64,000 nt of DNA, taken from the NCBI GenBank assembly GCA_039964305.1, contig JBDVXS010000142.1, forward strand, positions 89,666 to 153,665, read 5' to 3'. Source of the DNA: Hyphomicrobiales bacterium (GTDB lineage Bacteria > Pseudomonadota > Alphaproteobacteria > Rhizobiales > JACESI01). Below are positions 18,914 through 29,333 of the stretch, piece by piece. Numbering within the stretch: position 1 is the first letter of the stretch; the number at the start of each line of letters is the position of its first letter. The position numbers were made by a program, and so were the translations under genes. The notes beneath the pieces were generated by a model that was not told where the DNA came from, searched no databases, and saw nothing but the letters and a program-made list of their open reading frames with translations.

Positions 18914-19613
18914 ATACGCCAAGATATCGTTGTTGCACGTCTTTTTGTGCTTTCAGTTCATCGGAAGAACCTGACCAAACAACGCGGCCCTTTTCAACGA
19001 TGAAGTGCTTATTCGCAAGCTTCATAAGATCGTTGATGTTTTTATCAATCAGTAAAATGGAAACACCGCTCTGGCGAATTTCACCAAGAGCTGACCAGAT
19101 CTTGTCACGGATAAGCGGGGCGAGGCCTTCAGTTGCTTCATCTAAAATGAGGAGCTTCGGGTTGGTCATTAGCGCACGACCAACAGCCAGCATTTGCTGC
19201 TCGCCGCCAGACAATAGATTGCCCATTGAACTGGCGCGTGTGGCAAGTTCTGGGAAGATGTCATAGATGCGTTCTATGGTCCATGGGTTGCTCATGCCAA
19301 GGTGATTGCTTGCCGTCGCGATCAGGTTCTCTCTAGCCGATAGATTCGGGAAGATTTGCCGCCCTTCTGGCACAAGGCCAAGGCCCAGTTTCGCGATCTT
19401 AAACGATTTCTCACCAGCGAGTTCATGGCCTGAAAACTGAATGCTGCCTGCACTCGGTTTGACGATGCCCATGAGTGAACTAATGGTTGTGGTTTTGCCC
19501 ATGCCATTGCGGCCTAAAAGGGTGACAACTTCACCCTCATTAATCTCAAAATCCATGCCGAATAGGGCTTGGCTTGCGCCGTAAAATGTCTCGAGGCCAG
19601 ATACTTTTAACAT
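18912..19613 (-). CDS. livF: branched-chain-amino-acid-type (HAAT family) ABC transporter ATP-binding protein
   Basis: Walker A GRNGMGKTT and signature LSGGEQQ. I chose the start MLKVSGLE at 19613, next to the livG stop. Confidence 0.85.
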   Translation of the reverse strand: MLKVSGLETFYGASQALFGMDFEINEGEVVTLLGRNGMGKTTTISSLMGIVKPSAGSIQFSGHELAGEKSFKIAKLGLGLVPEGRQIFPNLSARENLIATASNHLGMSNPWTIERIYDIFPELATRASSMGNLLSGGEQQMLAVGRALMTNPKLLILDEATEGLAPLIRDKIWSALGEIRQSGVSILLIDKNINDLMKLANKHFIVEKGRVVWSGSSDELKAQKDVQQRYLGV

Positions 19614-19614
19614 C

Positions 19615-20358
19615 TTAAGCCTCCCCAAGATAAGCAGCACGCACATCTGCATTGCCGCGAATGTCTTCTGGTTTGCCCGTTGCTATAATCTTGCCATAGA
19701 CGAGAACAGAGATGGTATCTGCGAGTGCGAAGACGGCGTTCATATCGTGCTCAACAAGCAGCATGGTTTTCTCACCCTTAAGCCCGTTTAAAAGGTCAAC
19801 CATACGCGCCGATTCTTCAATGCCCATGCCAGCCATTGGTTCATCAAGTAGAAGGAAGTCTGCTTCTGTTGCTAGTGCTACGGCGATTTCAAGCTGCCGT
19901 CGCTCACCGTGGGAAAGGCTACTTGCTAAATCATCTGAACGGGCACCAAGGCCAACACGGTCGAGAGCGGCTTGCGCTTTGTCGCGTAGGGATTGAATGC
20001 TACTTGCAGGACGGATGAATTTGAACGAGTGGCCCTCTTGTGCCTGCGCTGCAATCGCCACATTGTCGGCGGCACTCATCCCCATCAACAAACTGGTGAT
20101 TTGAAACGACCGCGCCATGCCAAGATGCGCTCGTTTATAAGCAGGCAGGTTGGTGATGGCTTTGCCGCGAAAAGTCACCGCACCACTATCGGGGGCTAAG
20201 CCACCTGAAAGCTGTGAAATGAGCGTTGTTTTGCCCGCTCCATTCGGCCCGATGATGGCATGGATTTCACCCTGCTCAACGCTCAGTGAAACATCGACAG
20301 TTGCAGCAACGCCGCCAAAGCTTTTGTTGAGGTTATCAATTTGTAGGAGCGCACTCAT
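19615..20358 (-). CDS. livG: HAAT family ABC transporter ATP-binding protein
   Basis: Walker A GPNGAGKTT and signature LSHGERRQ. The start MSALLQIDNL overlaps the livM stop (ATGA). Confidence 0.85.
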   Translation of the reverse strand: MSALLQIDNLNKSFGGVAATVDVSLSVEQGEIHAIIGPNGAGKTTLISQLSGGLAPDSGAVTFRGKAITNLPAYKRAHLGMARSFQITSLLMGMSAADNVAIAAQAQEGHSFKFIRPASSIQSLRDKAQAALDRVGLGARSDDLASSLSHGERRQLEIAVALATEADFLLLDEPMAGMGIEESARMVDLLNGLKGEKTMLLVEHDMNAVFALADTISVLVYGKIIATGKPEDIRGNADVRAAYLGEA

Positions 20359-21350
20359 TTCTTGCCCCCTTTGCCTTTGAATAGGCCAATTACACCACCG
20401 GGTACAAACAGCACCACCGCAATTAAAAACGCCCCAAACGGAAGGTGCCAATATTTCGCCCAGTCGTGATTGACAAGCGCGATGGTATTCTCAATGACAA
20501 ACTCAAGCCCGATGAACAAGATGGAGCCAAGCACAGGCCCAACACTGGTGCCGCCACCGCCAAGGATGACCATGAACATGAGTTCGCCTGACCGTGTCCA
20601 ATCCATCATTTCTGGTGAGATGAAGGTGGTGAAGTTACCCAGCAGCGCGCCCGCATATCCCGCTATCGCGCCAGAGATGACATAAGCCACAAGACGGTAG
20701 AGATAAACATTATAGCCAATCATCCGCATGCGTTCTTCATTGCCCATGCCACCGCGCAACACCATGCCAAAGCGTGAGCGCACAATCATCCGCACGAACA
20801 ACACAGCCGCCACCAGCGAAGCATAACAAAGCAGATACATCTGCAACGGGTCATCCATGTTGATCAACGGGAGTTCTGAGCGGATGTCGATTGTAAGCCC
20901 ATCATCACCACCATAGGTCTCTTGGCTGATGAAGAAGAAGAACATCATCTGCGAAAAGGCCATGGTTATCATAATGAAATAAACGCCCTTGGTACGCAGG
21001 CAAATTGCGCCAACGATGAGAGCGAAAAGGGCGGAGAGGCCAATGGCAATGCCGAATTGGAAGAGGCCGTTGTAGCTCGCAATCGCATCCCATTCGCCGT
21101 AGGTCGCGTGATAGCTTGGAATGCCAACAGCATAAGCGCCAATGCCGATGAAAACCGCGTGCCCGAATGAGACCATGCCACCATAGCCAAGGATTAAATT
21201 TAAACTGACGGCAGCAATGGCGAGGCACACAAGGCGGGTTGCAAGGTCGGCATAAAAGGGTTCGCCAATCCAGATGAAGACGGGCGGTAAGATGCCAAGA
21301 AGCACCATAATAATGAGACTGAATATTTGGCGGGGGCGATTGCTGCTCAT
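20355..21350 (-). CDS. livM: HAAT family ABC transporter permease
   Basis: 331 aa polytopic membrane protein that abuts livH and livG. Confidence 0.82.
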   Translation of the reverse strand: MSSNRPRQIFSLIIMVLLGILPPVFIWIGEPFYADLATRLVCLAIAAVSLNLILGYGGMVSFGHAVFIGIGAYAVGIPSYHATYGEWDAIASYNGLFQFGIAIGLSALFALIVGAICLRTKGVYFIMITMAFSQMMFFFFISQETYGGDDGLTIDIRSELPLINMDDPLQMYLLCYASLVAAVLFVRMIVRSRFGMVLRGGMGNEERMRMIGYNVYLYRLVAYVISGAIAGYAGALLGNFTTFISPEMMDWTRSGELMFMVILGGGGTSVGPVLGSILFIGLEFVIENTIALVNHDWAKYWHLPFGAFLIAVVLFVPGGVIGLFKGKGGKK

Positions 21351-22274
21351 CTATCGCACCTTCGGTGGAAAGAGGCCTTGCGGGCGCACAGCCAAAATGA
21401 TCGCCATTAAGATATAAATCAGCATGGCAGAAACGGCGGGAGCTGCTGTTTCAGCGCTGTTGGATGACATGAACAATTTGAACGCATCGTCCAAGAACGA
21501 GCGCCCCAACGTGTCGATAAGGCCGATTAACATGGCCGCAATAAACGCGCCTTTCATGGAGCCGATGCCGCCAACAATGATGACCACGAAGGCTGTGATA
21601 ATAATGCCGTTGCCCATGCCTATTTCCGCTTCTGTGATTGGCGAAATTAACATGCCTGCAATACCAGCTAAAACCGACCCAAGAGCAAAGACGAGGCCGA
21701 ACAACATTTGAATATCAATGCCGAGGGCCGACACCATGGTTCTGTTTGAAGCACCTGCACGGATTAACATGCCAAGGCGCGTATAATTGACGAGCCAGAA
21801 AAGGCCAGCTGCAATGCTAAGACCTGAGCCAATGATGAGAAGTCTGAAGATTGGAAAGACAACGCCCGGTAAAATTTCGACCTGCCCATCAAGCCATTCA
21901 GGCAATGGCACAACAATGCCTGCTTCACCCCAGATGATTTGCACAAGTGTGTCGAAGATCAAGATTAAGCCGAAGGTTGCGAGAACGTGGGAAAGGTGGT
22001 CGCGGGTATAAAGCCAGCGCGCCAACCCAAATTCAACAGCATAGCCAAGCACGGCCATAGCGGGGATGGCGAGCAGAATGCCAATAAAGAAATTGCCCGT
22101 TGCAAAGGTGAAGGTCGCGCAAATGAAGGCGCCCATCATGTAGAGCGAACCGTGGGCAAGGTTCACAAAATCCATAATACCAAACACGAGGGTAAGGCCG
22201 GATGCCAGCAAAAACAGCAAAACGCCGAGCTGCAGTCCATTCAATGTTTGCGTCAAAAGAAGGACGAAATCCAT
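21351..22274 (-). CDS. livH: HAAT family ABC transporter permease
   Basis: Polytopic membrane protein. It starts at MDFVLLLTQTLNGLQLG (ATG 22274) or possibly at TTG 22283. Confidence 0.82.
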   Translation of the reverse strand: MDFVLLLTQTLNGLQLGVLLFLLASGLTLVFGIMDFVNLAHGSLYMMGAFICATFTFATGNFFIGILLAIPAMAVLGYAVEFGLARWLYTRDHLSHVLATFGLILIFDTLVQIIWGEAGIVVPLPEWLDGQVEILPGVVFPIFRLLIIGSGLSIAAGLFWLVNYTRLGMLIRAGASNRTMVSALGIDIQMLFGLVFALGSVLAGIAGMLISPITEAEIGMGNGIIITAFVVIIVGGIGSMKGAFIAAMLIGLIDTLGRSFLDDAFKLFMSSNSAETAAPAVSAMLIYILMAIILAVRPQGLFPPKVR

Positions 22275-22319
22275 AAACGTCAATTAGATGCAAGCGTTAC
22301 AAAGCACTTGCAAATCCTC

Positions 22320-22350
22320 AAAAAAAGGAGAGAGCCGCGAAGCTCCCTCC
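22320..22350 (-). terminator. intercistronic hairpin plus U-run between the SBP gene and livH (candidate partial terminator)
   Basis: The minus strand reads GGAGGGAGC-TTCGCG-GCTCTCTCC followed by TTTTTTT. Confidence 0.65.
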
Positions 22351-22370
22351 TGATAAACTATTGTTTGTTC

Positions 22371-23555
22371 TTAGTTCAAAGAACATTCACCTGCATAGGG
22401 GTCTTGGTGACCTTCAAAGACAGTTTGAACAACTTTTGTCGTCCACTTGCCTTCAGCATCCTCAATAACTTCACGAAGATAGAAGTTTTGGATTGGCATG
22501 TTGTTGTTACCGTAGCTGTATTTACCACGAACTGATGCGTAGCTTGCAGACTTCATCGCTGCACGCATTTCATCTTTTTTGGAAAGGTCGCCACCAACAG
22601 CTTCAACCGCTGACTTGATTAAGAACATAGAGTCGTAAGCTTGTGCGGCATAAAATGATGGGTAGCCACCATGTTTTGCTTTGAAGTCTGCGACGAAACG
22701 CTTGTTTTGGTCATTGTCGAGGCTTGGGTCCCATTGCTGAGTGGTTTGCGAACCAAGCACCGCTTTGAAGTTTGCAGCCTGTAGTTTCGGCAAAGACAAA
22801 CCATCAACGGTAAACACTGAATAAAGCGGTAGGCTCTCAGTTAGGCCGGCTTGTTGGTATTGTTTGATGAACGCGCCACCAGCAGAACCTGGGTAGAAGA
22901 CGAAGATGCCTTCTGCACCTGATGCTTTGGCTTTTGCAAGTTCCGCAGAAAAATCAAGCTGACGGTCTTTACCCCATTTTGTGAGGTCCTTGCCTTTAAC
23001 TTCGCCCTTAAATGTGCGCTCAACACCTGCGACCATATTTTTGCCCGCAGCATAGTTTGGCGCCATGATGTAAATCGACTTCACACCTTTTTGGTTGAGC
23101 ACTTCGCCCATTGCCATTGGTGTTTGGTCATTCTGCCATGATGTTGAGAAGAAGTTCTCGTGGCAAAGCTTGCCAGCAATTGGCGATGGTCCAGCATTTG
23201 CGGAAATCAAGAACTTACCAGCATCCAGCGCAGATTTGCGTGATGCGAGAAGAACGTGTGACCAAATATAGCCAGCAACGAAATCAACATTGTCTTGTTT
23301 GACGAGTTTGTCGGTGACTTGTTTGCCAGTTTCAGGCTTAAAGCCATCATCGCCATAGATGAGATTGATATCAAGGTCACCCATTTTGCCACCCATGTGC
23401 TCAACAGCCAAATTCACGGCGTTTTGCATGTCTTTACCGATAACGGCTGCAGGTGTGGTGAGTGTGGTTACAAAACCAACTTTAACTTCAGCGGCATGGG
23501 CGGTACTCGCCATGAATGCAGCTGCAAGGGTTCCAAGAAGGGCCTTTTTGAACAT
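22371..23555 (-). CDS. ABC transporter periplasmic substrate-binding protein (type I, Leu/Ile/Val-binding-like)
   Basis: 394 aa with the signal peptide MFKKALLGTLAAAFMASTAHA. A strong SD (GGGAGGA) precedes the ATG. Confidence 0.85.
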   Translation of the reverse strand: MFKKALLGTLAAAFMASTAHAAEVKVGFVTTLTTPAAVIGKDMQNAVNLAVEHMGGKMGDLDINLIYGDDGFKPETGKQVTDKLVKQDNVDFVAGYIWSHVLLASRKSALDAGKFLISANAGPSPIAGKLCHENFFSTSWQNDQTPMAMGEVLNQKGVKSIYIMAPNYAAGKNMVAGVERTFKGEVKGKDLTKWGKDRQLDFSAELAKAKASGAEGIFVFYPGSAGGAFIKQYQQAGLTESLPLYSVFTVDGLSLPKLQAANFKAVLGSQTTQQWDPSLDNDQNKRFVADFKAKHGGYPSFYAAQAYDSMFLIKSAVEAVGGDLSKKDEMRAAMKSASYASVRGKYSYGNNNMPIQNFYLREVIEDAEGKWTTKVVQTVFEGHQDPYAGECSLN

Positions 23556-23689
23556 CTAATCCTCCCGATTTATAGTCCAGCAGAAAAAAGTGTATCTGCT
23601 TGCTATCGGTTGTCAATCATAAAGCGGAGACAACGCAAGTCGGGGCAGGGTAAGATTAGTCTAACTAATTAAAAGGCTTAGTCGGTTTT

Positions 23690-24346
23690 CTATGCGTCGA
23701 TGCCGACAGGACAGCTAACGCCAACACCACCTAGGCCACAATATCCACTTGGATTTTTTGCCAGATACTGTTGATGGTAATCTTCTGCATAGTAAAAATC
23801 AGAAGCAGACTGTATTTCCGTTGAGATTTGGCCAAAGCCCTTTTTGATCAAAGCTTCCTGATAACGCGCCTTTACAGCATCCGCGATTTCTTTTTGGTCT
23901 TGGGTTTTAAAATAAATTCCTGAGCGGTATTGGGTGCCAACATCATTGCCTTGGCGCATGCCTTGGGTTGGATTGTGGCTCTCGAAGAAATGCATCAGCA
24001 GATTATCAAGGGAAATTTGGAACGGATCGTACATAACCAACACCACTTCATTGTGGCCAGTTTTGCCAGAGCAAACTTCTTGATAGGTTGGGTTCGCGGT
24101 ATGGCCAGCTGAGTATCCAACAGCGGTTACATAGACGCCATGTAATTGCCAAAGTGCTTTTTCAGCACCCCAAAAACAGCCAAGACCTAGAACAATTTGT
24201 TCCAAATGCTCGGGAAACGGTGCCTTCATTGGGTTCCCATTGACGAAATGGAATTCAGAAATCATCATTTCTTCGTCGCGCCCTGGCATTGCTTCGTCAG
24301 CGCTGGGGATCGAGATTTTATTTTTCAATACGTCAAAAAGAAACAT
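23690..24346 (-). CDS. msrA: peptide-methionine (S)-S-oxide reductase
   Basis: 218 aa with the catalytic motif GLGCFWGAE. Confidence 0.92.
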   Translation of the reverse strand: MFLFDVLKNKISIPSADEAMPGRDEEMMISEFHFVNGNPMKAPFPEHLEQIVLGLGCFWGAEKALWQLHGVYVTAVGYSAGHTANPTYQEVCSGKTGHNEVVLVMYDPFQISLDNLLMHFFESHNPTQGMRQGNDVGTQYRSGIYFKTQDQKEIADAVKARYQEALIKKGFGQISTEIQSASDFYYAEDYHQQYLAKNPSGYCGLGGVGVSCPVGIDA

Positions 24347-24517
24347 GACAGAAGTTCCCTTCTCGGCTGGTTGGTTGGCATCCCAGTTAGCAGGACTTTT
24401 CTAATGATAAACTTAAGTTAGTTTTCGGACTTTTCCAAAACAAAAATGGCAAATGGCACGCTCAGAGGAAACATATTTCTGTGATTTTAGCGTGAGAGCG
24501 GCTTAAAAAATCAAGGT

Positions 24518-25465
24518 CTAAGAAGGCTTTCCTCTTGGCAATGGTGGTCGTTTTGGCGGGAATGCTGGTAGTCGCGCGGTCCCTCTTTTTAAAACAGTCA
24601 CACAGTAATTTGGCAGCCCTGCCAATGTAAGCGGTGGTTTTGGTTTTCGTGGTTTTGGCTTTGATTTTGATTTTACAGGGGGCGCGAACCAACGAGCTAG
24701 ATCAGCGCCGCAGCCATCACCAGCAGCTGGGCGGGCTTGGTCTTTGCAGCCAGAAGAACCAGCAGGGCAGGCGAGGCGCACATGCATATGATAATGGTGG
24801 CCTAACCAAGGGCGAACTTTGCGTAAGAAACCACGGTCATTGCCAGCCACACGGCAAAGCTCTTTCTTGATAATTGGATTGACGAAGATACGAGCGACCT
24901 CAGGGTATGAGGCGGCGCGGCGGATGAGCTTCACGTGATCGGGAGACCAAACTTTCCGGTTCACTTCTTTCGTATCAAAATTGACTGTTGAGACCGCACT
25001 CAATTTCTCCCTCTCGTCGCGTGAAAGGCGTCGATTGGGCATTTGATTGAGCCAGATGTCCGCGTCAAGGCCAATTTGATGGGAGTTATGCCCCGTAAGC
25101 ATGGGGCCACCACGGGGTTGAGCAAGGTCGCCAACCATAAGGCCAGACCAATCACCTGCCTGTCCTGCCTCATTGGCAAGTCGCCTTACATAGCGAATAA
25201 GCGATGGATGTCCCCAATTGCGGTTGCGTGATAAGCGCATCACTTGCCAGTAGCGACCATCAATTTCAATCGATGTGCCACCCGCTAAACAGCCTCTCGC
25301 ATAAGAGCCGACGGCACGCGCTTTTAGGGGGGCAGGTGCTGATTTAAAGCCAAATAATCGTTTAGCAGGAACAGTTTCCGCAGCCATGACCGAAGCGGTA
25401 AGGCCGAGACAGATGGTGCTCGCAAGCGTCGTTCGTGCAATCTGGGCTAACAACTTCACGTTCAT
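24518..25465 (-). CDS. mepA: penicillin-insensitive murein DD-endopeptidase
   Basis: Signal peptide plus the MepA-like metal site (GHNSHQIGLDADIW, GHHYHMHVRL). It has a Lys/Pro-rich C-terminal tail. I chose the ATG at 25465. Confidence 0.8.
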   Translation of the reverse strand: MNVKLLAQIARTTLASTICLGLTASVMAAETVPAKRLFGFKSAPAPLKARAVGSYARGCLAGGTSIEIDGRYWQVMRLSRNRNWGHPSLIRYVRRLANEAGQAGDWSGLMVGDLAQPRGGPMLTGHNSHQIGLDADIWLNQMPNRRLSRDEREKLSAVSTVNFDTKEVNRKVWSPDHVKLIRRAASYPEVARIFVNPIIKKELCRVAGNDRGFLRKVRPWLGHHYHMHVRLACPAGSSGCKDQARPAAGDGCGADLARWFAPPVKSKSKPKPRKPKPPLTLAGLPNYCVTVLKRGTARLPAFPPKRPPLPRGKPS

Positions 25466-25705
25466 ATCCAAGCCTTGCAGTATCAATAACGTTAAAGCAG
25501 AGTTTCCTTGATTGGCGGCATGTTTGCAATATTAAATTTTGTAATCTGCGTCTGTATCAGAAAACAGCAGGAGATCCCTGAGGGTAGCCTCCAGTTAAAT
25601 TACCGCGTTATACTTTGCGATGTGCATTTATTCACAGCGTGTTCAATGTAGGAGCGTTAAACAGAAATTTTGAAGCTATTTAATGAGAATTTTTAAGGAG
25701 CGATA

Positions 25706-26293
25706 ATGTACAAATTAATTGCAACGGCTGTTGTGCTAGGTGGCGGACTTTATTTGAGCGCTTGTGCAACACTAAACGAAAGCGAATGCCAAACCGTTGA
25801 TTGGCGGCAGTTGGGCGACAGTGATGGTTCGCAAGGTCACGGTCAAACACGCATTGCGAAACATGCAAAAGCCTGTGAGAAGCACGGTCTTCCTATCAAT
25901 ACGGCGGCCTATAATGAGGGGTGGGGCGCGGGTATTGCTCGTTATTGCACACCGCAAAATGGTTTCAATATTGGTCGCCGTGGAGCAACGCATAAAGGGA
26001 CATGCCCTTCTGAATTAGCTGGCCCTTTTGAGAATGCTTACCGCCCTGCCTATAATCTGGCGCGTGCTGAACGGCGTATCGGTGAAGTTCAAAGCGGGAT
26101 CGATAAGAGTATCGATAATATAGCCAAATGGGCTATTTCGAAAGATCCGAAACTCACGGCGAAGATTCCAGAAGAGAAAAGACACTTAAACAATTTGCGC
26201 GGGGAGCAGCCGATTGCCCGTTCGAATGTTAGAATTGCAAGGCGAGAACTTAAGGATTATTTGGACCTCAATCCGCAAATTCAAGCGTTCTAA
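25706..26293 (+). CDS. DUF2799-like lipoprotein
   Basis: 195 aa with a lipobox (LYLSAC) and a repeated pattern of W/C residues (CQTVDWRQLG, GIARYCTPQNG). Confidence 0.6.
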   Translation: MYKLIATAVVLGGGLYLSACATLNESECQTVDWRQLGDSDGSQGHGQTRIAKHAKACEKHGLPINTAAYNEGWGAGIARYCTPQNGFNIGRRGATHKGTCPSELAGPFENAYRPAYNLARAERRIGEVQSGIDKSIDNIAKWAISKDPKLTAKIPEEKRHLNNLRGEQPIARSNVRIARRELKDYLDLNPQIQAF

Positions 26294-26399
26294 AATTTCT
26301 TATCTCTAATTTGCCAATCAAGGAGCATCCTTGGTTGGCGTTTTGTCTTAGATGCACTAAGTGATGGAGGAACAATTCATCACATAGGATGTTAGAACC

Positions 26400-26864
26400 A
26401 TGACATGGCAAGTTTACCTCTCTGGCGAAATTCACACCAATTGGCGTGAAGAAATTGAAGAGGCCACCAAAGCGCAAGGGCTGGATGTTTCTTTCGCAGC
26501 ACCTGTAACCAACCACCCTGCATCAGATGATTGTGGCGTGGCGATCCTAGGGGAAGAGCCAAACAAATTTTGGCATGACAACAAGGGCGCAAAGGTCAAC
26601 GCTATCCGTACCCGTACGCTGATCGAGCGTGCTGATATTGTGGTGGTTCGCTTCGGCGAGAAATATAAACAGTGGAACGCGGCTTTTGATGCGGGTTATG
26701 CCTCTGCACTCGGCAAGTCACTCATCGTAATTCATGGAGCGGACCATCAACATGCTTTGAAAGAGGTGGACGCTGCAGCGCTGGCCGTGACGGATACGCC
26801 AACGGATGTTGCGGATATTCTAGCCTATGTAATCAACGGCACGCTTAAAGGTTATACCGACTAG
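26400..26864 (+). CDS. YtoQ family protein (nucleoside 2-deoxyribosyltransferase-like fold)
   Basis: 154 aa with an N-terminus (MTWQVYLSGEIHTNWREEI) typical of the YtoQ family. Confidence 0.65.
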   Translation: MTWQVYLSGEIHTNWREEIEEATKAQGLDVSFAAPVTNHPASDDCGVAILGEEPNKFWHDNKGAKVNAIRTRTLIERADIVVVRFGEKYKQWNAAFDAGYASALGKSLIVIHGADHQHALKEVDAAALAVTDTPTDVADILAYVINGTLKGYTD

Positions 26865-26890
26865 GTTACCGCTGCTTCGTTGATGAAAAC

Positions 26891-26929
26891 AAAAAAGCCC
26901 CAGCTCGATGAGTTGGGGCTTTTGTTTTT
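26891..26929. terminator. bidirectional intrinsic terminator (ytoQ / glcB convergent)
   Basis: AAAAAAGCCCCAGCTCGATGAGTTGGGGCTTTTGTTTTT. Confidence 0.85.
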
Positions 26930-26943
26930 ACGCTAAGGCTGAT

Positions 26944-29112
26944 TTAGCCCGCCGCTTTTACTTCCAAACGACGTTGGTGCAAAATCGGCTCAGTGTAGCC
27001 AGCTGGTTGTTCTTTGCCTTTAAACACCAAATCACAGGCAGCTTGGAAGGCGATTGAGCCATCAAAGTCTGCTGCCATTGCTTGATAAAGCGGGTCACCA
27101 GCATTTTGGCCATCCACTTTTGCCGCCATCTTCTTCATGGCACCCATGGCTTCGTCTTCAGAACAAACACCGTGGTGTAGCCAGTTTGCCATGTGCTGTG
27201 AAGAAATTCGCAAGGTGGCGCGGTCTTCCATCAAGCCGATGTCGTTGATGTCCGGCACCTTTGAGCAGCCAACACCTTGGTCAACCCAACGCACAACATA
27301 ACCAAGAATACCTTGGGCATTGTTCTCAAGCTCAGCTTGAATGTCTTCTTTCGGCCAGTTCGGGCGTTCAGCAACAGGGATAGACAAGATGTCATCCAAG
27401 TTAGCGCGGCCACGTTTGCCAATTTCTGCCTGACGCTCAGCAACACTTACTTTGTGGTAATGGGTTGCGTGAAGGGTGGCAGCGGTTGGTGATGGTACCC
27501 ATGCACAGTTTGCACCTGCCATTGGGTGGCCGATTTTCTGCTCGAGCATGGCAGCCATCAAATCAGGCATGGCCCACATGCCTTTGCCAATTTGCGCGTG
27601 ACCAGAAAGGCCGCACTCAATACCAACATCAACGTTCCAATCTTCGTAAGCTGCAATCCATGCTGCTTGCTTCATGTCCGCTTTGCGGATCATTGGGCCA
27701 GCTTCCATGGCGGTGTGAATTTCGTCACCAGTGCGATCAAGGAAGCCTGTATTGATGAAAGCGACGCGAGATTTTGCAGCACGGATACATTCTTTGAGGT
27801 TCACCGTGGTGCGGCGTTCTTCGTCCATAATACCCATTTTCATGGTGTTTGGTTTCATGCCGACAAGTTCTTCAACACGACCAAAAAGCTTGGCAGAAAA
27901 AGCGACTTCTTCAGGGCCATGCATTTTCGGTTTCACCACATACATAGAACCATGCACAGAGTTTGCGCCACGGCCATTTGGACCAACGTCATGCAGGGCT
28001 GCAAGCGCTGTCATGGCGGCATCCATAATGCCTTCTGGCACTTCCGCGCCGTCTTGGTCGTGGATTGCAGGGTTGGTCATAAGGTGACCCACATTGCGCA
28101 CGAGCATCAGCGAGCGGCCTTTGAGAGGCATCGCTGAACCATCCGCTGCTGTGAAATCGAGGTCTGCGTTCAAGTCACGCGTGACCATCTTGCCACCCTT
28201 CATGAACTCATCTTTCAGGTCGCCCTTCATGAGACCTGCCCAGTTTTTGTAAGCGAGGATTTTGTCTTCCGCGTCCACAGCCGCAACAGAATCTTCGCAG
28301 TCCATGATGGTTGTCATGGCGGATTCAAGCCAAACATCTGAAATGTTCGCCGCATCGTCTTTGCCGATTGGGTGGTCAGCATTGATGTGAACGCCAATAT
28401 GCAGGCCGTTCTTTACAAACATCAAAGCGTGTGGTGCGTCTGCGTCACCTTTGTAGCCAACAAATTGTGACGGATCAGCAAGAGCTGTTTCACCACCGCT
28501 GGTTGTTTTGATGGTCAAAGCACCATTTGCAACGCTAAAACCTGCAACATTCACCCAGTCATCGAGCAAAGGAGCTGAATCGTTCAAATGTTTGCGTGCC
28601 CATGCAATAACCTTTGCGCCGCGCGCAGGGTTGTAGCCGCCTGCTTTTTCAGCGCCATCATCTTCAGAGATCGCATCAGTGCCGTAAAGCGCATCATAAA
28701 GTGAACCCCAACGCGCATTGGCAGCATTCAACGCATAGCGCGCATTCATAACAGGCACGACAAGCTGAGCGCCTGCAACTGACGCAATTTCAGGGTCAAC
28801 GTCTGCGGTATCCACAGAGAAGTCGTCGCCTTCTTCAACCAAATAACCGATCTCTTTCAAGAACGCTTTGTAAGCATCCATATCCATGCCATTGGCACGG
28901 TTATCGCGATGCCATGCATCAATTTGTGATTGCATATCTTCGCGTTTTGCCAAGAGCGCGCGATTTTCTGGGGTTAGATCATGAACAATCGTTGCAAAGC
29001 CATCCCAAAAACTTGTTTGGTCAACACCAGTTCCTGGCATTACTTCGCTGTTGATGAAATCATAAAGCTCCTGATTAATTTTCAGGCCACCATGTTCTAC
29101 CGTGTCTGCCAT
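26944..29112 (-). CDS. glcB: malate synthase G
   Basis: About 722 aa from [13 protein letters not shown], preceded by a GGAGG SD. The sequence is typical of malate synthase G throughout. Confidence 0.92.
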   Translation of the reverse strand: MADTVEHGGLKINQELYDFINSEVMPGTGVDQTSFWDGFATIVHDLTPENRALLAKREDMQSQIDAWHRDNRANGMDMDAYKAFLKEIGYLVEEGDDFSVDTADVDPEIASVAGAQLVVPVMNARYALNAANARWGSLYDALYGTDAISEDDGAEKAGGYNPARGAKVIAWARKHLNDSAPLLDDWVNVAGFSVANGALTIKTTSGGETALADPSQFVGYKGDADAPHALMFVKNGLHIGVHINADHPIGKDDAANISDVWLESAMTTIMDCEDSVAAVDAEDKILAYKNWAGLMKGDLKDEFMKGGKMVTRDLNADLDFTAADGSAMPLKGRSLMLVRNVGHLMTNPAIHDQDGAEVPEGIMDAAMTALAALHDVGPNGRGANSVHGSMYVVKPKMHGPEEVAFSAKLFGRVEELVGMKPNTMKMGIMDEERRTTVNLKECIRAAKSRVAFINTGFLDRTGDEIHTAMEAGPMIRKADMKQAAWIAAYEDWNVDVGIECGLSGHAQIGKGMWAMPDLMAAMLEQKIGHPMAGANCAWVPSPTAATLHATHYHKVSVAERQAEIGKRGRANLDDILSIPVAERPNWPKEDIQAELENNAQGILGYVVRWVDQGVGCSKVPDINDIGLMEDRATLRISSQHMANWLHHGVCSEDEAMGAMKKMAAKVDGQNAGDPLYQAMAADFDGSIAFQAACDLVFKGKEQPAGYTEPILHQRRLEVKAAG

Positions 29113-29333
29113 TTCTAAACCTCCGAAATATGCGTGAATCTCTGCATTCCTAATGCTTTGAAAATGGTTGTAACCCAAAGCAGCGTGCAATCAATTTATC
29201 TTTTGGAATATGTCTTATGAATTTATGGCATAATTGGGCAAGGTTGCAATTATTGGTTATTATATCAAAGGTTGAACGTGGAGATTGGATTTAGTAAACG
29301 AAGACTAAGATTCTCGCTCAAGGACAATAAATC

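Noticed and set aside
23619-23644. Inverted repeats GTTGTC-N14-GACAAC (23619..23644) and TTGTC-N8-GACAA (57241..57258), considered as a shared regulatory motif.
   Set aside because: The spacing differs and the arms are only 5-6 bp, so the similarity is probably coincidental.
29113-29333. Possible glycine riboswitch upstream of malate synthase G (as reported for SAR11) or yybP-ykoY Mn riboswitch upstream of the divergent TerC gene.
   Set aside because: Reading both strands, I could not find the conserved cores. The glycine aptamer would need GGAGAG...ACCGAAGGGGCAA...CTCAGGCAAAAGGAC-like elements. yybP-ykoY would need GGGGAGTAG...GAGAC-like elements. An Infernal scan would settle this.
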